From an uncultured Enterobacteriaceae bacterium (lineage in GTDB: Bacteria; Myxococcota_A; UBA9042), in assembly GCA_964447285.1 (NCBI GenBank), contig CAYURO010000010.1, positions 67,729 through 131,728 of the forward strand: DNA of 64,000 nt, written 5' to 3'. The position numbers and the translations under genes are program-made. Below, piece after piece: positions 37,110-48,143 of this stretch (the first letter of the stretch is position 1; every line of letters begins with the position of its first letter). The notes beneath the pieces are model-generated. The model had not been told where the DNA came from. It was given only the letters and a program-made list of their open reading frames with translations, and searched no databases.

Positions 37110-39794
37110 TCAACTGGGCAGCGACGCAAGCTCTGCGGGCTCGACGGCCGCACGGGGATGCAGCTCGAGTCGGCCATCGGTCACGGTCAGGATCACGTCG
37201 GCGCCGGGCTGCAGTGCGCCGTCCAGGATGCGCTCGGTCACGAACGCCTCGACGACGTCCTCGATCCGCGCACGCAACGGCCGCACGCCCAGCGAGGGGT
37301 CCATGCCGGGCCCCATCACAAGGTCCACGACCGTCTCGTCGGCATGGAAGCGGATCATCCGCGCCTCATCCAACCGGCGGGCGCTCAGCTCGAGCTGTCG
37401 TTGCACGACTTGCCTGCCCGCGTGCAGCGTCAGCGGATGAAAGACGATGGTGTCGTCGATGCGGGTCCACAGGTCGGCAGGCAGGGCCTTGCGGGCGCGG
37501 TCCAGCACGGCCTGGTCGACCGGCTCGACCGTCGGTCCTTCGGGGATGGGGGCATCGACGCGGCCAAAGCCGATGGAACGCCGGGAGTTGGGCGAGGCCA
37601 GTAGGTCCGCACCCTGATTCGACGTCATCGCCAGGATGCAGTTGCGCACATCGACGACCTGGCCGTGGTTGTCGGTCACCCGCCCGGCGTCTAGCAATTG
37701 CAGCAGCAGCGCAAGGACTTCGGGGGCCGCACGGTCGACCTCGTCGAACAGCAGCACGCGGTACGGCCGCTTCTGCAGGGCTTGGGCCAGCAGCCCCGCC
37801 TGTGCGTGACCCACGTAGCCCGGCGGCGAGCCGATCAGTCGCGCGATGCTGTGCGACTCTGTGTATTCGTTCATGTCAAAGCGAACCAGCGCGTCGTCGA
37901 CCACGAACAGCGCCTGCGCCAACGCCCGCCCCGTCTCGGTCTTGCCCACGCCCGGAGCACCGACGAACAGGAACGAGGCAAGCGGCCGATCGCCACTGAA
38001 CCCCGCGTAGTTTCTTTGGATCCGCCGGGCGATCCGCTGCATCGCCGCGTCGTGCCCGACGATGCGCGCCTGCAGGTCGACGGCCAGGTCGCGGATGCGC
38101 CCGCGCTCGTCGGCCGCCAGTCGCTCCATCGGCACGGCCGTCAGCACGTGCACCGCCCGCGCGATGTCGTCTGCCTGTACCACCTGCCGCCCCGCCCGCC
38201 GCGTCTGCGCGCCCGCCCGGTCCAGCACCGCAATCGCCTTGTCGGGCAGGCAGCGGTCGTTGATGAAGCGCTTGGACAGGTGCACGGCCGACGTAATGGC
38301 GTCGTGGCTGTAACAAACCTGGTGATGCTTGGCGTACAAGGGTGCGACACCACTCAGGATCGCGATGGCCTCGGGCACCGTCGGCTCGGTCACCTCGACC
38401 ACCTGGAAGCGGCGCTCCATCGCCGGGTCCTTCTCGATGTGCCGCTCGTACTCTGCCTTGGTGGTGGCGCCGATCAGGGGAAAGCGGCCGCGCGACAAGG
38501 CACTCTTCAGGTCGTTCGCGGCGTCCAGCGGGCCGTCGCCCGTGCCGGCGCCCATGATCGTGTGGATCTCGTCCATGAAGACGATCACCTGCCCCGCGCC
38601 CGCCGCCACCTCGTCGCGAAGTTTGCGCATCCGCTCGGAGAACGCGCCGCGCAGCGACGTACCCGCCAGCAGCGCCGACGTCTGGATCTCGACGATCACC
38701 GCCGACCCCAGCTTGCCGTACGTCTCGACGTTGCCCGCCAGCCGCAGCGCCAGCCCCTCGACGATCGCGGTCTTGCCCACGCCCGCCTCGCCGATCAGGC
38801 ACGGGTTGTTCACCTGCTTCATCAACAGGATGTCGATCACGGCGTCGACCAGGTTCTCGCGCCCGATCAGCGGGTCGATCTCGCCCTTCAGCGCGGCCAG
38901 CGTCAGGTTGCGGCCGATCTCGTTCAGGGTCGGGAACTTGTCAGGCGTCAGGTCGAACACCCTGCGGACCGGTCCGGTCTTGCGTCCTCCCGTCGTCGTC
39001 GGCTTGGGCGCGGGCGGCTTGGGCGGTGCGGCCTCTGGCGGCTTCGGTTCGGCCGAATTGCGGGGCTCGGCGGGCCGCGACTCGACGAGCAACGGTCGCG
39101 GATCCGCAGGCGCAGGGCGCACTTCGGCAGGCGGAAGCGGCCTTGCTTCCGGCGAAACGATCCGTGTCGGCGCGGTCGGCTGGCCGCGGGTCTCAGCCGG
39201 CACCGGACGCAGATCGGCAGGCGTCGCGGGCAGCGTCTGGGTCGGAGCCGTCAGGTGGTCGCTTGCAGTCAACGTCCGCGGCATGTCCATGCGCGTGGTC
39301 ACCCGGGGCAGGTCCGTGCGCGAGATCGACGGCCGCGGGTCCTCCGGTCGCTGCACGGCAGGCCGAAGTCCGGTCGCTGCCCGGTCGTTCAGCAGCGTCA
39401 GCTGGCCGATCACGCGGGCCCGCAGCGTGGAAACCGCCACGCCTGCGCGGTCCAACACCTTGGAGGCCAACGCATTTCTGACCCTAAGCAGGCTCGCCAG
39501 CAGGATGATCGACGTGACCTCAGCAGAGTTCGAGCTCTCCGCCAGCTGCTCCGCCTGCCGATGGATTTCCGTCAGAATCTCAGGTGGTTCATCGCGCTCA
39601 GCCATCCGCTCGAACGTGTCCAGCACCTTCACGTCGTCGACACCGGTCTCGACCAGCAGCTCGCGGGCCAGACACTCCACGACGTAGGTGGCCACCAGAT
39701 AGTGCACCGACGCGACCGGCCGCCCGGTGGCACGGGCCATCGCCTCGGCCTGGGCCCGAATCGTCCGCACCTCTCTGGACAGGCTTTCGGCCAT
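37110..39794 (-). CDS. Clp-family double-AAA+ ATPase (ClpA/ClpC-like) with a long Pro-rich linker
   Basis: Two Clp_N repeats, then a ~150-aa Pro-rich disordered segment. D1 Walker [10 protein letters not shown]2 Walker A GAPGVGKT, sensor and arginine-finger regions. No ClpB-type middle domain. Confidence 0.8.
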   Translation of the reverse strand: MAESLSREVRTIRAQAEAMARATGRPVASVHYLVATYVVECLARELLVETGVDDVKVLDTFERMAERDEPPEILTEIHRQAEQLAESSNSAEVTSIILLASLLRVRNALASKVLDRAGVAVSTLRARVIGQLTLLNDRAATGLRPAVQRPEDPRPSISRTDLPRVTTRMDMPRTLTASDHLTAPTQTLPATPADLRPVPAETRGQPTAPTRIVSPEARPLPPAEVRPAPADPRPLLVESRPAEPRNSAEPKPPEAAPPKPPAPKPTTTGGRKTGPVRRVFDLTPDKFPTLNEIGRNLTLAALKGEIDPLIGRENLVDAVIDILLMKQVNNPCLIGEAGVGKTAIVEGLALRLAGNVETYGKLGSAVIVEIQTSALLAGTSLRGAFSERMRKLRDEVAAGAGQVIVFMDEIHTIMGAGTGDGPLDAANDLKSALSRGRFPLIGATTKAEYERHIEKDPAMERRFQVVEVTEPTVPEAIAILSGVAPLYAKHHQVCYSHDAITSAVHLSKRFINDRCLPDKAIAVLDRAGAQTRRAGRQVVQADDIARAVHVLTAVPMERLAADERGRIRDLAVDLQARIVGHDAAMQRIARRIQRNYAGFSGDRPLASFLFVGAPGVGKTETGRALAQALFVVDDALVRFDMNEYTESHSIARLIGSPPGYVGHAQAGLLAQALQKRPYRVLLFDEVDRAAPEVLALLLQLLDAGRVTDNHGQVVDVRNCILAMTSNQGADLLASPNSRRSIGFGRVDAPIPEGPTVEPVDQAVLDRARKALPADLWTRIDDTIVFHPLTLHAGRQVVQRQLELSARRLDEARMIRFHADETVVDLVMGPGMDPSLGVRPLRARIEDVVEAFVTERILDGALQPGADVILTVTDGRLELHPRAAVEPAELASLPS

Positions 39795-40356
39795 GGGCGG
39801 GCGCGTCCGTAGGAAGCCGGCAAGGGGGCTTCGGGTTTGCGAAGGGAGGGGTCGCGCGCGGCGCGTGCGCAGTCCGGGCCTCGATACCTCGCTGCGTCTC
39901 TCACGTCAACGGTCCAGAGTGCCTCGGGCCGTGTGCGACCAGGCCTCAAACGAATCTGGCGGCCGGGTTTGCACCACGGCCGCCAGCAAGGAATGAGAGG
40001 AGAGCACGGGGGGCGTCGCTGTCGGTACACCTGTTGCGGTGGTCGGGGCTCCACTCCCTAACGATGGGACCCGGGCGCAACAGGCAGATGAGCAGCGACG
40101 AAGGGGACACTTGCGGACATGGCCGGAAGCTGGATGGCAGGAGGGAAAGGAAGGGGTCGAGTCATAGGGATTCAGCTCACTCCTGAACGTTCGGGCAGCA
40201 AGACGTGTGCCAACCGTGCGCACGGAGTGGCTTTGGCGTGGGGTGACACGGGGTTGGATGTCTCAATCAGGGACGGTTGTGGACCCATGCGACTCAAAAC
40301 CGGACACCCGCACCGACATACCCGTCCAATCTGAGACACTTGAGCAGGCGGGTGTG

Positions 40357-41316
40357 TCAGCGTGAGACGGGCTTGGGCGCCGGCATCTCCCGCCAGACCA
40401 GAACGCGCAGGTGCCCGGCAACGCTGATCTCGACATTCGCGTGCGGTCGCACCGAGAGCTCTTCACCATCCAACACAATGAGATCGCGATGCTCTCCGCT
40501 CTGGTAGGCGAAGTGCTCTTGCTCGCCGAACTGCCAGTGCGGTCCCGGAGGCAGGTGGCCACGCGCCACCGCAAGCAACGCCGCCTGCGACGCCATCGAC
40601 CCCAGCGACGACAGCATTGTGTAGAAACCGGCCGACGCCACCGACCTCACCCCGGGAAACGGCCGCAGCACACCGAAGAAGCCGGGCAGCGGACTCAGCA
40701 GGCCCGCAGTGACAACGGGCAGCTCCATGGGCCCCGGACGAAGCTCGAACGGACCGCGAATGGGCGCAAACCGGTCGCTTGGCAGGCTCTGCATCGCCAT
40801 GCGCCCCAGCAGCTCGACGACCCCGGGAGCCCCGCGCAGCACCCCGTTGCGGTAGTCGGCGTGCAGACGCGCAACAGCACCCAGGCTGCACGTCACGCCG
40901 ATGTGGTCCGGCAAGCCGTCGACTTTCACGCGCAGCACCGGCATCCGCTGCAGCCGCCGCACGCCCCGCATCCACGCGTGAAGGATGCGCTGTGCCAGCT
41001 TCGCGGGCTGCCGGCTGCCCACCAGCGCCGAGGCGATCGTGTTCAATCTGCCCGCCGGCAACACCAGCAGGGGCGGCACGGCGTCCAGCGCACCTACAGC
41101 GGCAAAGCGGGTCAGCAGGTTCAGCACCGTGCCGTCACCTCCCGCGATGACCAACAGCTCGGCAGACGTCTCGCGCAAGGTGGTGACGAGGGCGTCGATG
41201 TCCTCCGGTCGATCTGACACCAAAAGACGCAAGCGGGGCGAAGCCGACGCAAGGACGTGAGCCAGATCGACCGCGGGGGCACCACCGGCCGAGGGATTGA
41301 TGAGCCCGACGAGCAT
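40357..41316 (-). CDS. Lipid kinase (DAGK_cat; YegS/BmrU family)
   Basis: GGAGG Shine-Dalgarno. LLVIAGGDGTVLNLL… diacylglycerol-kinase catalytic-domain motif. Confidence 0.7.
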   Translation of the reverse strand: MLVGLINPSAGGAPAVDLAHVLASASPRLRLLVSDRPEDIDALVTTLRETSAELLVIAGGDGTVLNLLTRFAAVGALDAVPPLLVLPAGRLNTIASALVGSRQPAKLAQRILHAWMRGVRRLQRMPVLRVKVDGLPDHIGVTCSLGAVARLHADYRNGVLRGAPGVVELLGRMAMQSLPSDRFAPIRGPFELRPGPMELPVVTAGLLSPLPGFFGVLRPFPGVRSVASAGFYTMLSSLGSMASQAALLAVARGHLPPGPHWQFGEQEHFAYQSGEHRDLIVLDGEELSVRPHANVEISVAGHLRVLVWREMPAPKPVSR

Positions 41317-41584
41317 GGCAGCAGCCTCCAAAAGGGCGGTCGGCAGCCGGAGGTTCGCGCGACTCAAATCGCAGCGCCGGCTCGCTCGTCTAATCACCCA
41401 AGCGGCGGCGTGTCAATCGCCCGCGGGTTGCCGCGACGCCGCAGGTTCGGCAACATCCGCTGCCCCGGGTGGTGCTGAGCCGGGCTGGGCCCGCTGCGGG
41501 CGGGTCCGAGAGGCGGTTGCCTCGCCGCCCATGCCACGTTAGACTCCTGCCTTCGTTTTCCAGGGCCTAAGAGAGGGTTCGACA

Positions 41585-43933
41585 ATGAAGATCACGTGCC
41601 CGGCTTGCAACGCCAACTACCGCCTGCCGGACGACCGTATCCAAGGCAAGAACCGGATTTTTCGCATCAACTGCAAGCGTTGCGGTGCAGAGATCCGGGT
41701 GCGCGGCGTGGAGACCGAAGAGGACTCAGGGCGGACGACGCTACCGTTCGCGCTTGACCTGCCTGCTCCGGCGTCGACCGCTGCGGCTGCCGCTCCCGCA
41801 CAGGTGTGGTTTGCCGGTATCGAAGGCAAGCAGGTCGGCCCGCTGACGGAAGCTGAGGTGACGGACCACATCCAGGCGCATCGGCTGAACGCTGACGATC
41901 TGGTGTGGCGCAAGGGCTTTGCCGCGTGGACCGCCGTCAAGGAAGTGCCGCCGTTCGACGAGATCGTGTCAGAGGTGGCCGCGGCAGCGGCCGGTGCCCC
42001 GAAGACCGAGAGGCGCTCGCCGCGTCGCGCCCAGACGCTTGAACTGTCCGCTGCGATGATCGAATTGCTGGTCAAGCTGGACGGGCAGAGCGACGCCGCC
42101 GCTGAGGCACCGCCGTTGGTGGTCGAACCGCCGCAGCTCCCCGCGGCAGAAACGGCAGCCCGGGTCGACGTTGCCGCTGCGAAGCCGGCAGCCAAGCCCG
42201 CCGCGCAGACCGTCGCGATCGCGGGTGACCGCGCCGCCGCTGAGGCCGCTGAACAGGTCGTGCAAACGCTGGTCGCCCCTGCGCCCAAGGCCGAGGACGC
42301 CCAGCCGCGAAAGGTCGCCACGCCCGCAGTCGAGCCCGCCCCCGTCAAGGTGGCGCAGTCCGACGACAGCGGAGCCCGCAGCCAGACCCGTGGCTCCGGC
42401 AGTCGCGACGCCCGCCCTGCGGCCGAGCCCAAGCGCGATGCCCGCCCGGCCGTAGACGCACGCCCAGCCGTAGACGCCCGCCCAGCTGTGGACGCCAAGC
42501 GTGGCGCTGTCGCCGCTCCTGGCCGTTCGTCGCCTCTTGCTCCCGATTCTGGCGTCACGGTGGCCACGATGGCCCCGCGCGCACCTGCCAGCAGCCAGTC
42601 TGCGGCGACCCGCCCCGCACAGGCGGAGCGCAAGAGCCCCGCGATGCTGATCGGCGGAGGCGTTGCCGCGCTGGCTATCGTCGGCGGCGTGATCTTCGCA
42701 CTGGTCCGCACCCCGGCCCCCGGCACCCCGGCCCCGCAGGCCAACGAAGTTGCGTCCGCAGCCGCCGGAGCCTCTGAAGTCCCCGCGGGCGACCAGCAGG
42801 CTCAGGCCGCCGCCCAAGCCGCCGCGCCCGCCCCGGGCACCGCTCCCGTCGCGCCTGCCGATCAAGCTGCTGCGCCTGTTGCCCAGCCCAGTGCTCCCGC
42901 CGGTGCCCTGCCCAGTGCTCCCGCCGGTGCCCAGCCCAGTGCTCCCGCCGGTGCCCAGCCCAACGCCGCACCCGTTGCCGCTGCTCCGGCAACTGCTGGC
43001 GCCGCGCCCGCCCCGGCCCAAGCTGCACCCGCAGCCGCTGCTGCTCCGGTAGGCCAGCAAGCCGCGGCAATCCCGCCCCCGCCGCCCGTCGGTGCCAAGG
43101 GCGTTGCCCCTGCCACTGCTCCGACCAAGCCGGTCGAGGCTGCCGCGCCGGCCACGAACCCCAAGACGGCCCCTGTGGTTGCGCCGCCCAGCGACGACGA
43201 AATCGACCGTCTGCTGGCCCGCAACAAGGAAAAGGCTGCGAAGGCAGAGAAAGACGAGGCCGCACGCCAGGCCAAGGCCGCGAAGGCAGAAGCCGCGCAG
43301 AAGGCCGAAGCCGCCAAGGCAGAGAAGGCCCGCAGGGAGAAGGAGAGCGTCGCCGCCAAGGTCTCCGCCAAGGAGGAGGCAGCCCGCAAGGCCAAGGAGG
43401 CCGCCGCCGCCAAGAAGGCCGCCAAGGAAGAGGCCGCTCGCAAGGCCAAGGAAGCGGAAGCCGCGAAGAAGGCCGCCAAGGAAGACGCCGCCCGCAAGGC
43501 CAAGGAAGACGCCGCAGCCAAGAAGGCCAGCGCTGCCGCCGGCGGTGACGACGAGATCGACCGCATCCTGGCTGCGCAGAAGAACAAGGACAAGGACAAG
43601 GCAAAGAAGGCAGCGCCGGTCGATGCTGACGACGAACCCACGGCCAACACTGGCGGTTTGGACCAAGCGCAGGTCAACGGAATCGCGGCGCGCGCCAACC
43701 AGAAGGTGATGCGCTGCTACATGTTGCACGGCGACGTCGACTCGGGCGAGGACACCATCAAGGTCACGCTGTACGTCAACGGCGATGGCAGCGTGGGCGT
43801 GGCCAAGGTGATCGGCAAGCACGCGAACACCGCGGTCGGCACCTGCGTCGTTGCGGCGGTCAAGGCCCTGACTTTCCCGCAGTCGTCCGGCACGTCGAAG
43901 AAGTACACGGTTCGCTACACCGTCGGCATCTAG
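41585..43933 (+). CDS. GltJ/AgmX-like protein: MJ0042 zinc ribbon, GYF-like domain, IDR, one TM, a periplasmic Ala/Lys/Glu repeat region and a C-terminal TonB-C/AgmX-like domain
   Basis: N-terminus [17 protein letters not shown]…[10 protein letters not shown] (zinc ribbon), then [19 protein letters not shown]…[13 protein letters not shown] (GYF/DUF4339). TM helix [20 protein letters not shown], then KAEAA-type repeats. C-terminus …MRCYMLHGD…[11 protein letters not shown]…. Confidence 0.7.
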   Translation: MKITCPACNANYRLPDDRIQGKNRIFRINCKRCGAEIRVRGVETEEDSGRTTLPFALDLPAPASTAAAAAPAQVWFAGIEGKQVGPLTEAEVTDHIQAHRLNADDLVWRKGFAAWTAVKEVPPFDEIVSEVAAAAAGAPKTERRSPRRAQTLELSAAMIELLVKLDGQSDAAAEAPPLVVEPPQLPAAETAARVDVAAAKPAAKPAAQTVAIAGDRAAAEAAEQVVQTLVAPAPKAEDAQPRKVATPAVEPAPVKVAQSDDSGARSQTRGSGSRDARPAAEPKRDARPAVDARPAVDARPAVDAKRGAVAAPGRSSPLAPDSGVTVATMAPRAPASSQSAATRPAQAERKSPAMLIGGGVAALAIVGGVIFALVRTPAPGTPAPQANEVASAAAGASEVPAGDQQAQAAAQAAAPAPGTAPVAPADQAAAPVAQPSAPAGALPSAPAGAQPSAPAGAQPNAAPVAAAPATAGAAPAPAQAAPAAAAAPVGQQAAAIPPPPPVGAKGVAPATAPTKPVEAAAPATNPKTAPVVAPPSDDEIDRLLARNKEKAAKAEKDEAARQAKAAKAEAAQKAEAAKAEKARREKESVAAKVSAKEEAARKAKEAAAAKKAAKEEAARKAKEAEAAKKAAKEDAARKAKEDAAAKKASAAAGGDDEIDRILAAQKNKDKDKAKKAAPVDADDEPTANTGGLDQAQVNGIAARANQKVMRCYMLHGDVDSGEDTIKVTLYVNGDGSVGVAKVIGKHANTAVGTCVVAAVKALTFPQSSGTSKKYTVRYTVGI
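42890..42961 (+). repeat. Perfect 24-bp x3 in-frame tandem repeat (SAPAGAQP) inside CDS 41585..43933
   Basis: agtgctcccgccggtgccc(t/a)gccc repeated 3 times. Nearby are an 18-bp x3 repeat (ARPAVD, ~42448..42495) and 48-bp [11 protein letters not shown]-type repeats (~43375..43530). Confidence 0.8.
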
Positions 43934-43974
43934 TCGTCCGCCCCCTTTCCGCTCCGGCTCTCATCGAGGGGAAC

Positions 43975-44634
43975 ATGGCCTTCTTTCCCCACCGCCCAGG
44001 CAGCATCGAAGTCATCTGCGGGTCGATGTTCAGCGGCAAGAGCGAAGAACTCATCCGGCGGCTGCGGTTGGCTCGCATCGCGCACCAGCGGGTCGAGGTG
44101 TTCAAGCCCGCGCTGGACACGCGCTATGCCGAACTGGAGCTCGTCAGCCACTCAGACTTCCGCATCGCCGCGCGCTGTGTGCACAACGCCCACGAGATTC
44201 TGGCGCAAGTGCATGATCTCACGGCGGTCATTGGCATCGACGAGGTGCAGTTCTTCGACGAGACCATCGTCGATGTCTGTAACCGTCTGGCCAATCAGGG
44301 AAAGCGCGTCATCGTCGCGGGTCTGGACCAGGACTACCTGGGGCGGCCGTTCGAGCCGATGCCGCGCCTGATGGCCGTGGGCGAGTACGTGACGAAGCTG
44401 CTGGCGGTGTGCTCGGTGTGCGGCGATCCGGCCAACCGGTCGCAGCGCCTGTCGGGCAGCAAAGAGGTCGTCGAGCTGGGGGCCACGGACCGCTACGAGG
44501 CCCGCTGCCGGCGCCACTTCGAGCCTGAGGAAGACCGGCAGCTCGAGCTCATTCACGACCGACAGCGCGCCATGAGCGCACCTCGCCGCCCCCACGGCGA
44601 CACCGAACCCGGCACCTCCGGAGGACAACCGTGA
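43975..44634 (+). CDS. tdk: Thymidine kinase
   Basis: P-loop [11 protein letters not shown] and zinc-ribbon Cys (…CSVCG…). Confidence 0.9.
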   Translation: MAFFPHRPGSIEVICGSMFSGKSEELIRRLRLARIAHQRVEVFKPALDTRYAELELVSHSDFRIAARCVHNAHEILAQVHDLTAVIGIDEVQFFDETIVDVCNRLANQGKRVIVAGLDQDYLGRPFEPMPRLMAVGEYVTKLLAVCSVCGDPANRSQRLSGSKEVVELGATDRYEARCRRHFEPEEDRQLELIHDRQRAMSAPRRPHGDTEPGTSGGQP

Positions 44635-44660
44635 CCCCGAACGCCCCCCGCCTAGACGAC

Positions 44661-45296
44661 ATGTTCATCGGTATCGCCGGCGTGATCGGCGCAGGCAAGT
44701 CGACGCTCGCCACCGCCTTGGGACGCCACATGGGTCTCGACGTGTACTACGAGCCCGTGGACGACAACGAGTACCTGGCGGACTTCTACCGCGACACGGC
44801 CCGCTACTCGTTCGCGACGCAGATCTACCTGCTGAATCGGCGCTTCCAGCAGCACCAAGAGATCATCTGGAAGGGTCGGGGCGCGGTGCAGGACCGGACC
44901 ATCTACGAAGACGCGATCTTCGCCAAGATGCTGAGCGAGTCGGGCCTGATGGACCCGCGCGACTACCGGACGTACCTGCAACTGTTCAAGCACATGTCGA
45001 ATTTCATGTGCAAGCCCAGCGCGATCATCTATCTGGACGTCAAGCCTGAGAAGAGCCTCGAGCGCATCCACGAACGCAGCCGCGGCGTCGAGTCGGGCAT
45101 CACGCTGGAGTACCTGACCGCCCTGTACAACGAATACGAGAACTTCGTGCAGGACGTCTCGCGGCGGATCCCGACCATCCGCGTGTCCTGGGATCAGTAC
45201 CGGGATGTAGAGGAAATGGCCGAAGTCATTCGCAGCGAGTACATGAACGCCACGTTCCTGCGCGAGGTCACCGCCTGGGACAACGCGTCGCGCTGA
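44661..45296 (+). CDS. Deoxynucleoside kinase (dNK/dGK/dAK family)
   Basis: MFIGIAGVIGAGKST P-loop, the ERS motif-like region and YEPV…; dNK-family architecture. A GTG at 44631 overlapping the tdk stop is an alternative start. Confidence 0.8.
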   Translation: MFIGIAGVIGAGKSTLATALGRHMGLDVYYEPVDDNEYLADFYRDTARYSFATQIYLLNRRFQQHQEIIWKGRGAVQDRTIYEDAIFAKMLSESGLMDPRDYRTYLQLFKHMSNFMCKPSAIIYLDVKPEKSLERIHERSRGVESGITLEYLTALYNEYENFVQDVSRRIPTIRVSWDQYRDVEEMAEVIRSEYMNATFLREVTAWDNASR

Positions 45297-45406
45297 CCGA
45301 AGCGCTGCTAAATCGATAACTTGTCGGCGGCCCCTCGCCACCGTGCGCGGTACGGGCGACAGTGTTGCTTGCGAAACGTGTCGATGCCCAAACAGGAGCC
45401 CGGACG

Positions 45407-46474
45407 ATGGCCGTGGTGCGCGATGAGGACATTCACAACGCCTGCGTCCTGATCGTCGACGATCAGGCGTACAACATCACGCTGTTGCGGATGATCCTGC
45501 GAGACAGCGGGTACACGAACATTCTGGCGACGACCGACTCCCGCGAAGCCCTGCCGATGTACGTCAAGCACCAGCCCGATCTGGTGCTTCTCGACCTGCA
45601 GATGCCGCACATCGACGGCTTCGGCGTGATGCAGCAGGTGCGCGAGCTCGAGCTGGGCTCGTTCGCGCCGATTCTGGTGCTGACGGCGGAGCTTGACCCT
45701 GAAGTCCGCTACAAGGCGTTGCAGTCCGGGGCGCGCGACTTCCTGAACAAGCCCTTCGACCGGATCGAGACGGTGGTGCGCATCCGTAACCTCATCGAGG
45801 TGCAGCTGCTCCACAAGCACATCCTGCGCCAGAACGAGTTTCTGGAGTCCAAGGTCCGGGATCGCACGCAAGAACTGCGCGACACGCAGATGGAGATCAT
45901 CCACCGTCTGGGTCACGCCGCCGAGTACAAGGACAACGAGACCGGCAACCACATCATCCGAATGGGCTTGCTTTGCGGGGTGTTGGGTGAGGCCGTCGGC
46001 ATGGCCCCCCAAGCCTGCGACATGCTGCGCCACGCCAGTCCCATGCACGATGTAGGCAAGATCGGCATTCCGGACCGTGTGCTGCTGAAGCCCGGCAAGC
46101 TAGACCCCGACGAGTGGGAGGTTATGAAGACCCACGCGGCGATCGGTGCCGACTTGCTGTCCGGCTCCAAATCGCCACTGGTCCAGATGGCCGCGACCAT
46201 CGCCCTGACGCATCATGAGCGCTGGGACGGCACCGGGTATCCGTACAGGTTGCACGGCGAGGGGATCCCGCTGGTCGGCCGCATCGCCGCCGTGTGCGAC
46301 GTGTTCGACGCCTTGACGTCCGAGCGGCCCTACAAGCGCGCTTGGCCGGTCGAGGAATCCCTGGAGGAGATCCGCCGCGGCGCCGGAACCCACTTCGACC
46401 CTGCTCTGGTCACCCTGTTCGACGCCAACATCGCGGAGATCCTGACGATCCGCGCACAGTACAACGAGGACTGA
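45407..46474 (+). CDS. Response regulator with HD-GYP domain (RpfG-like c-di-GMP phosphodiesterase)
   Basis: GGAG Shine-Dalgarno. REC domain (VLIVDD…LLDLQMP) plus HD-GYP motifs (HDVGKIGIP…HHERWDGTGYP). Confidence 0.85.
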   Translation: MAVVRDEDIHNACVLIVDDQAYNITLLRMILRDSGYTNILATTDSREALPMYVKHQPDLVLLDLQMPHIDGFGVMQQVRELELGSFAPILVLTAELDPEVRYKALQSGARDFLNKPFDRIETVVRIRNLIEVQLLHKHILRQNEFLESKVRDRTQELRDTQMEIIHRLGHAAEYKDNETGNHIIRMGLLCGVLGEAVGMAPQACDMLRHASPMHDVGKIGIPDRVLLKPGKLDPDEWEVMKTHAAIGADLLSGSKSPLVQMAATIALTHHERWDGTGYPYRLHGEGIPLVGRIAAVCDVFDALTSERPYKRAWPVEESLEEIRRGAGTHFDPALVTLFDANIAEILTIRAQYNED

Positions 46475-46483
46475 ACCCTTCGC

Positions 46484-47512
46484 ATGGCCACAATCCTGGA
46501 CACTTTGCCCAAGGTCGACCTGCACTGCCATCTGGACGGCGCCCTGCCCGTCGAGGGGTTGGCCCATCTGGCGACGCTTCGCGGCCTGCCGGAGGGAAGC
46601 GATGCAGACGCACTGGCAAGCCGCATTCACTGCACCGACACTGCCACACTCGAGACGGCGCGCGCGTGGGTGCGTGACCTGCTGACCAACGCCGAGGACC
46701 TGACCACCGCCGGTCTGCTGCTGGGGCGACGACTGATCGATGAGGCGGTGCTGCACGCAGAAATCGTTGTTGATCCAACCGCCTACGGACACACGGGGCT
46801 ACACGGTTGGGAAGTGCTGGCCGCCGTGGGAACCGGACTCGCGGAAGCCACTCAGGAGCGCGAAGAGGCCTTCCTCTCTTGGGGTTTGCTGGTGGAGCTG
46901 CGAAGAGACGTCGAGCCCGACGCCATTGCCGCGGTGCTGCGCGACGTGCGGGTCGAGGCCGTACCGGGCGTGGCGGGCGTGGTCGTGACCGGCGACAAGG
47001 GCCCGTTCCCCACCGAAGCATGGGAATTTGCGAAGGAAGCTGGCCTGGGTCGGGTCGTGGTGGCCTCCGGACGCGTGGCGGTGGCAGAGGCGCTGCAGCT
47101 TGGCGCACAGCGAATCGTCGGTGCGGTGGCCGCGGCGCAGGACCCGGAGCTTGTCCTGCCCCTGCGAGCCCACCGCTTGCCGATCGTTGCGTGTCCGACC
47201 GCACAAGTGTTGACGGGGAGCGCCAAGTCGCTGGCCGCACACCCCATGCGCAAGATGAGGGATGCCGGGCTGTTCGTGGTGATCGCAACCGGGTGGCCCA
47301 CGCTGTGCGACACGTCGTTGCCCCGCGAGCTGGAGGCGCTGGCCAAGCACCAGGGCTGGCGGCTCGACGACGCCCGCAACGCCACCACCCGCGCCATCGA
47401 GGCAGGGTTCATGGACGCCAAGCTGCGCTTTCACCTTGCCCGCACCGTCGAGATCTGGCGGCATCGACCGATGGCAGGTCCGGCAGCCAAGGGCGACAAC
47501 TGGTCCCTGTGA
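46484..47512 (+). CDS. add: Adenosine/adenine deaminase family protein
   Basis: KVDLHCHLDGA metal-binding motif at the N-terminus; amidohydrolase fold. Confidence 0.75.
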   Translation: MATILDTLPKVDLHCHLDGALPVEGLAHLATLRGLPEGSDADALASRIHCTDTATLETARAWVRDLLTNAEDLTTAGLLLGRRLIDEAVLHAEIVVDPTAYGHTGLHGWEVLAAVGTGLAEATQEREEAFLSWGLLVELRRDVEPDAIAAVLRDVRVEAVPGVAGVVVTGDKGPFPTEAWEFAKEAGLGRVVVASGRVAVAEALQLGAQRIVGAVAAAQDPELVLPLRAHRLPIVACPTAQVLTGSAKSLAAHPMRKMRDAGLFVVIATGWPTLCDTSLPRELEALAKHQGWRLDDARNATTRAIEAGFMDAKLRFHLARTVEIWRHRPMAGPAAKGDNWSL

Positions 47513-47555
47513 CGGGGACAAGCGCCGACCGCGGCACACGACCGCAAGAGGACCG

Positions 47556-47999
47556 ATGACCGACATCACGCCCATCAACCCTCCCAATCCTCCCCGCTTT
47601 CAGATTGGTCAGTCCGCTGAGATGACCAAGAGTTGGACGGCGGACGACGTGAACTTGTTTGCGCAAGTGACAGGGGACACCAACCCGGTGCACTTGGACG
47701 AGGCCTTTGCGGCCCAATCCCGCTTCGGACGACGCATCGCCCACGGGATGCTGTCTGCGGGGCTCATCTCTGCCGTGTTGGGCACGAAGCTGCCCGGACC
47801 GGGCGCGATCTATGTCTCGCAGACGCTGAAGTTTCTGGCCCCCGTGTTCCTGGGCGACACCGTCACGGCGCGTGTGCAGGTCGCGGCGGTGCGCGAGGAC
47901 AAGCCAATCGTCACGTTTGACACCTCGTGTCGCAATCAGGACGGCACGGTCGTTGTCGAGGGGCAGGCCGTCCTGTTCGTCCCACCGGCCAAGCCGTAG
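47556..47999 (+). CDS. MaoC-like (R)-specific enoyl-CoA hydratase (hotdog)
   Basis: …TGDTNPVHLDEAFAAQSRFGRRIAHGML… MaoC dehydratase signature. Confidence 0.8.
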   Translation: MTDITPINPPNPPRFQIGQSAEMTKSWTADDVNLFAQVTGDTNPVHLDEAFAAQSRFGRRIAHGMLSAGLISAVLGTKLPGPGAIYVSQTLKFLAPVFLGDTVTARVQVAAVREDKPIVTFDTSCRNQDGTVVVEGQAVLFVPPAKP

Positions 48000-48143
48000 C
48001 GGTCCGACTTGCGCGAGCCCCCGGCCAGGAAGGCCACTGCGCTCCCACGGCTGCGAAAATCTTGCCACCACGCCGACCGCCCCCAAGATGAAGGGGTGCC
48101 TGCCCCCCATTCGGGACAGGTTTGTCCGCCGCCCGGGGGTCCC

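Noticed and set aside
39906-40223. 105-aa ORF inside the long 39795..40356 intergenic region
   Set aside because: No Shine-Dalgarno, Pro/Ser/Arg-rich composition, no homology signal. Treated as noncoding.
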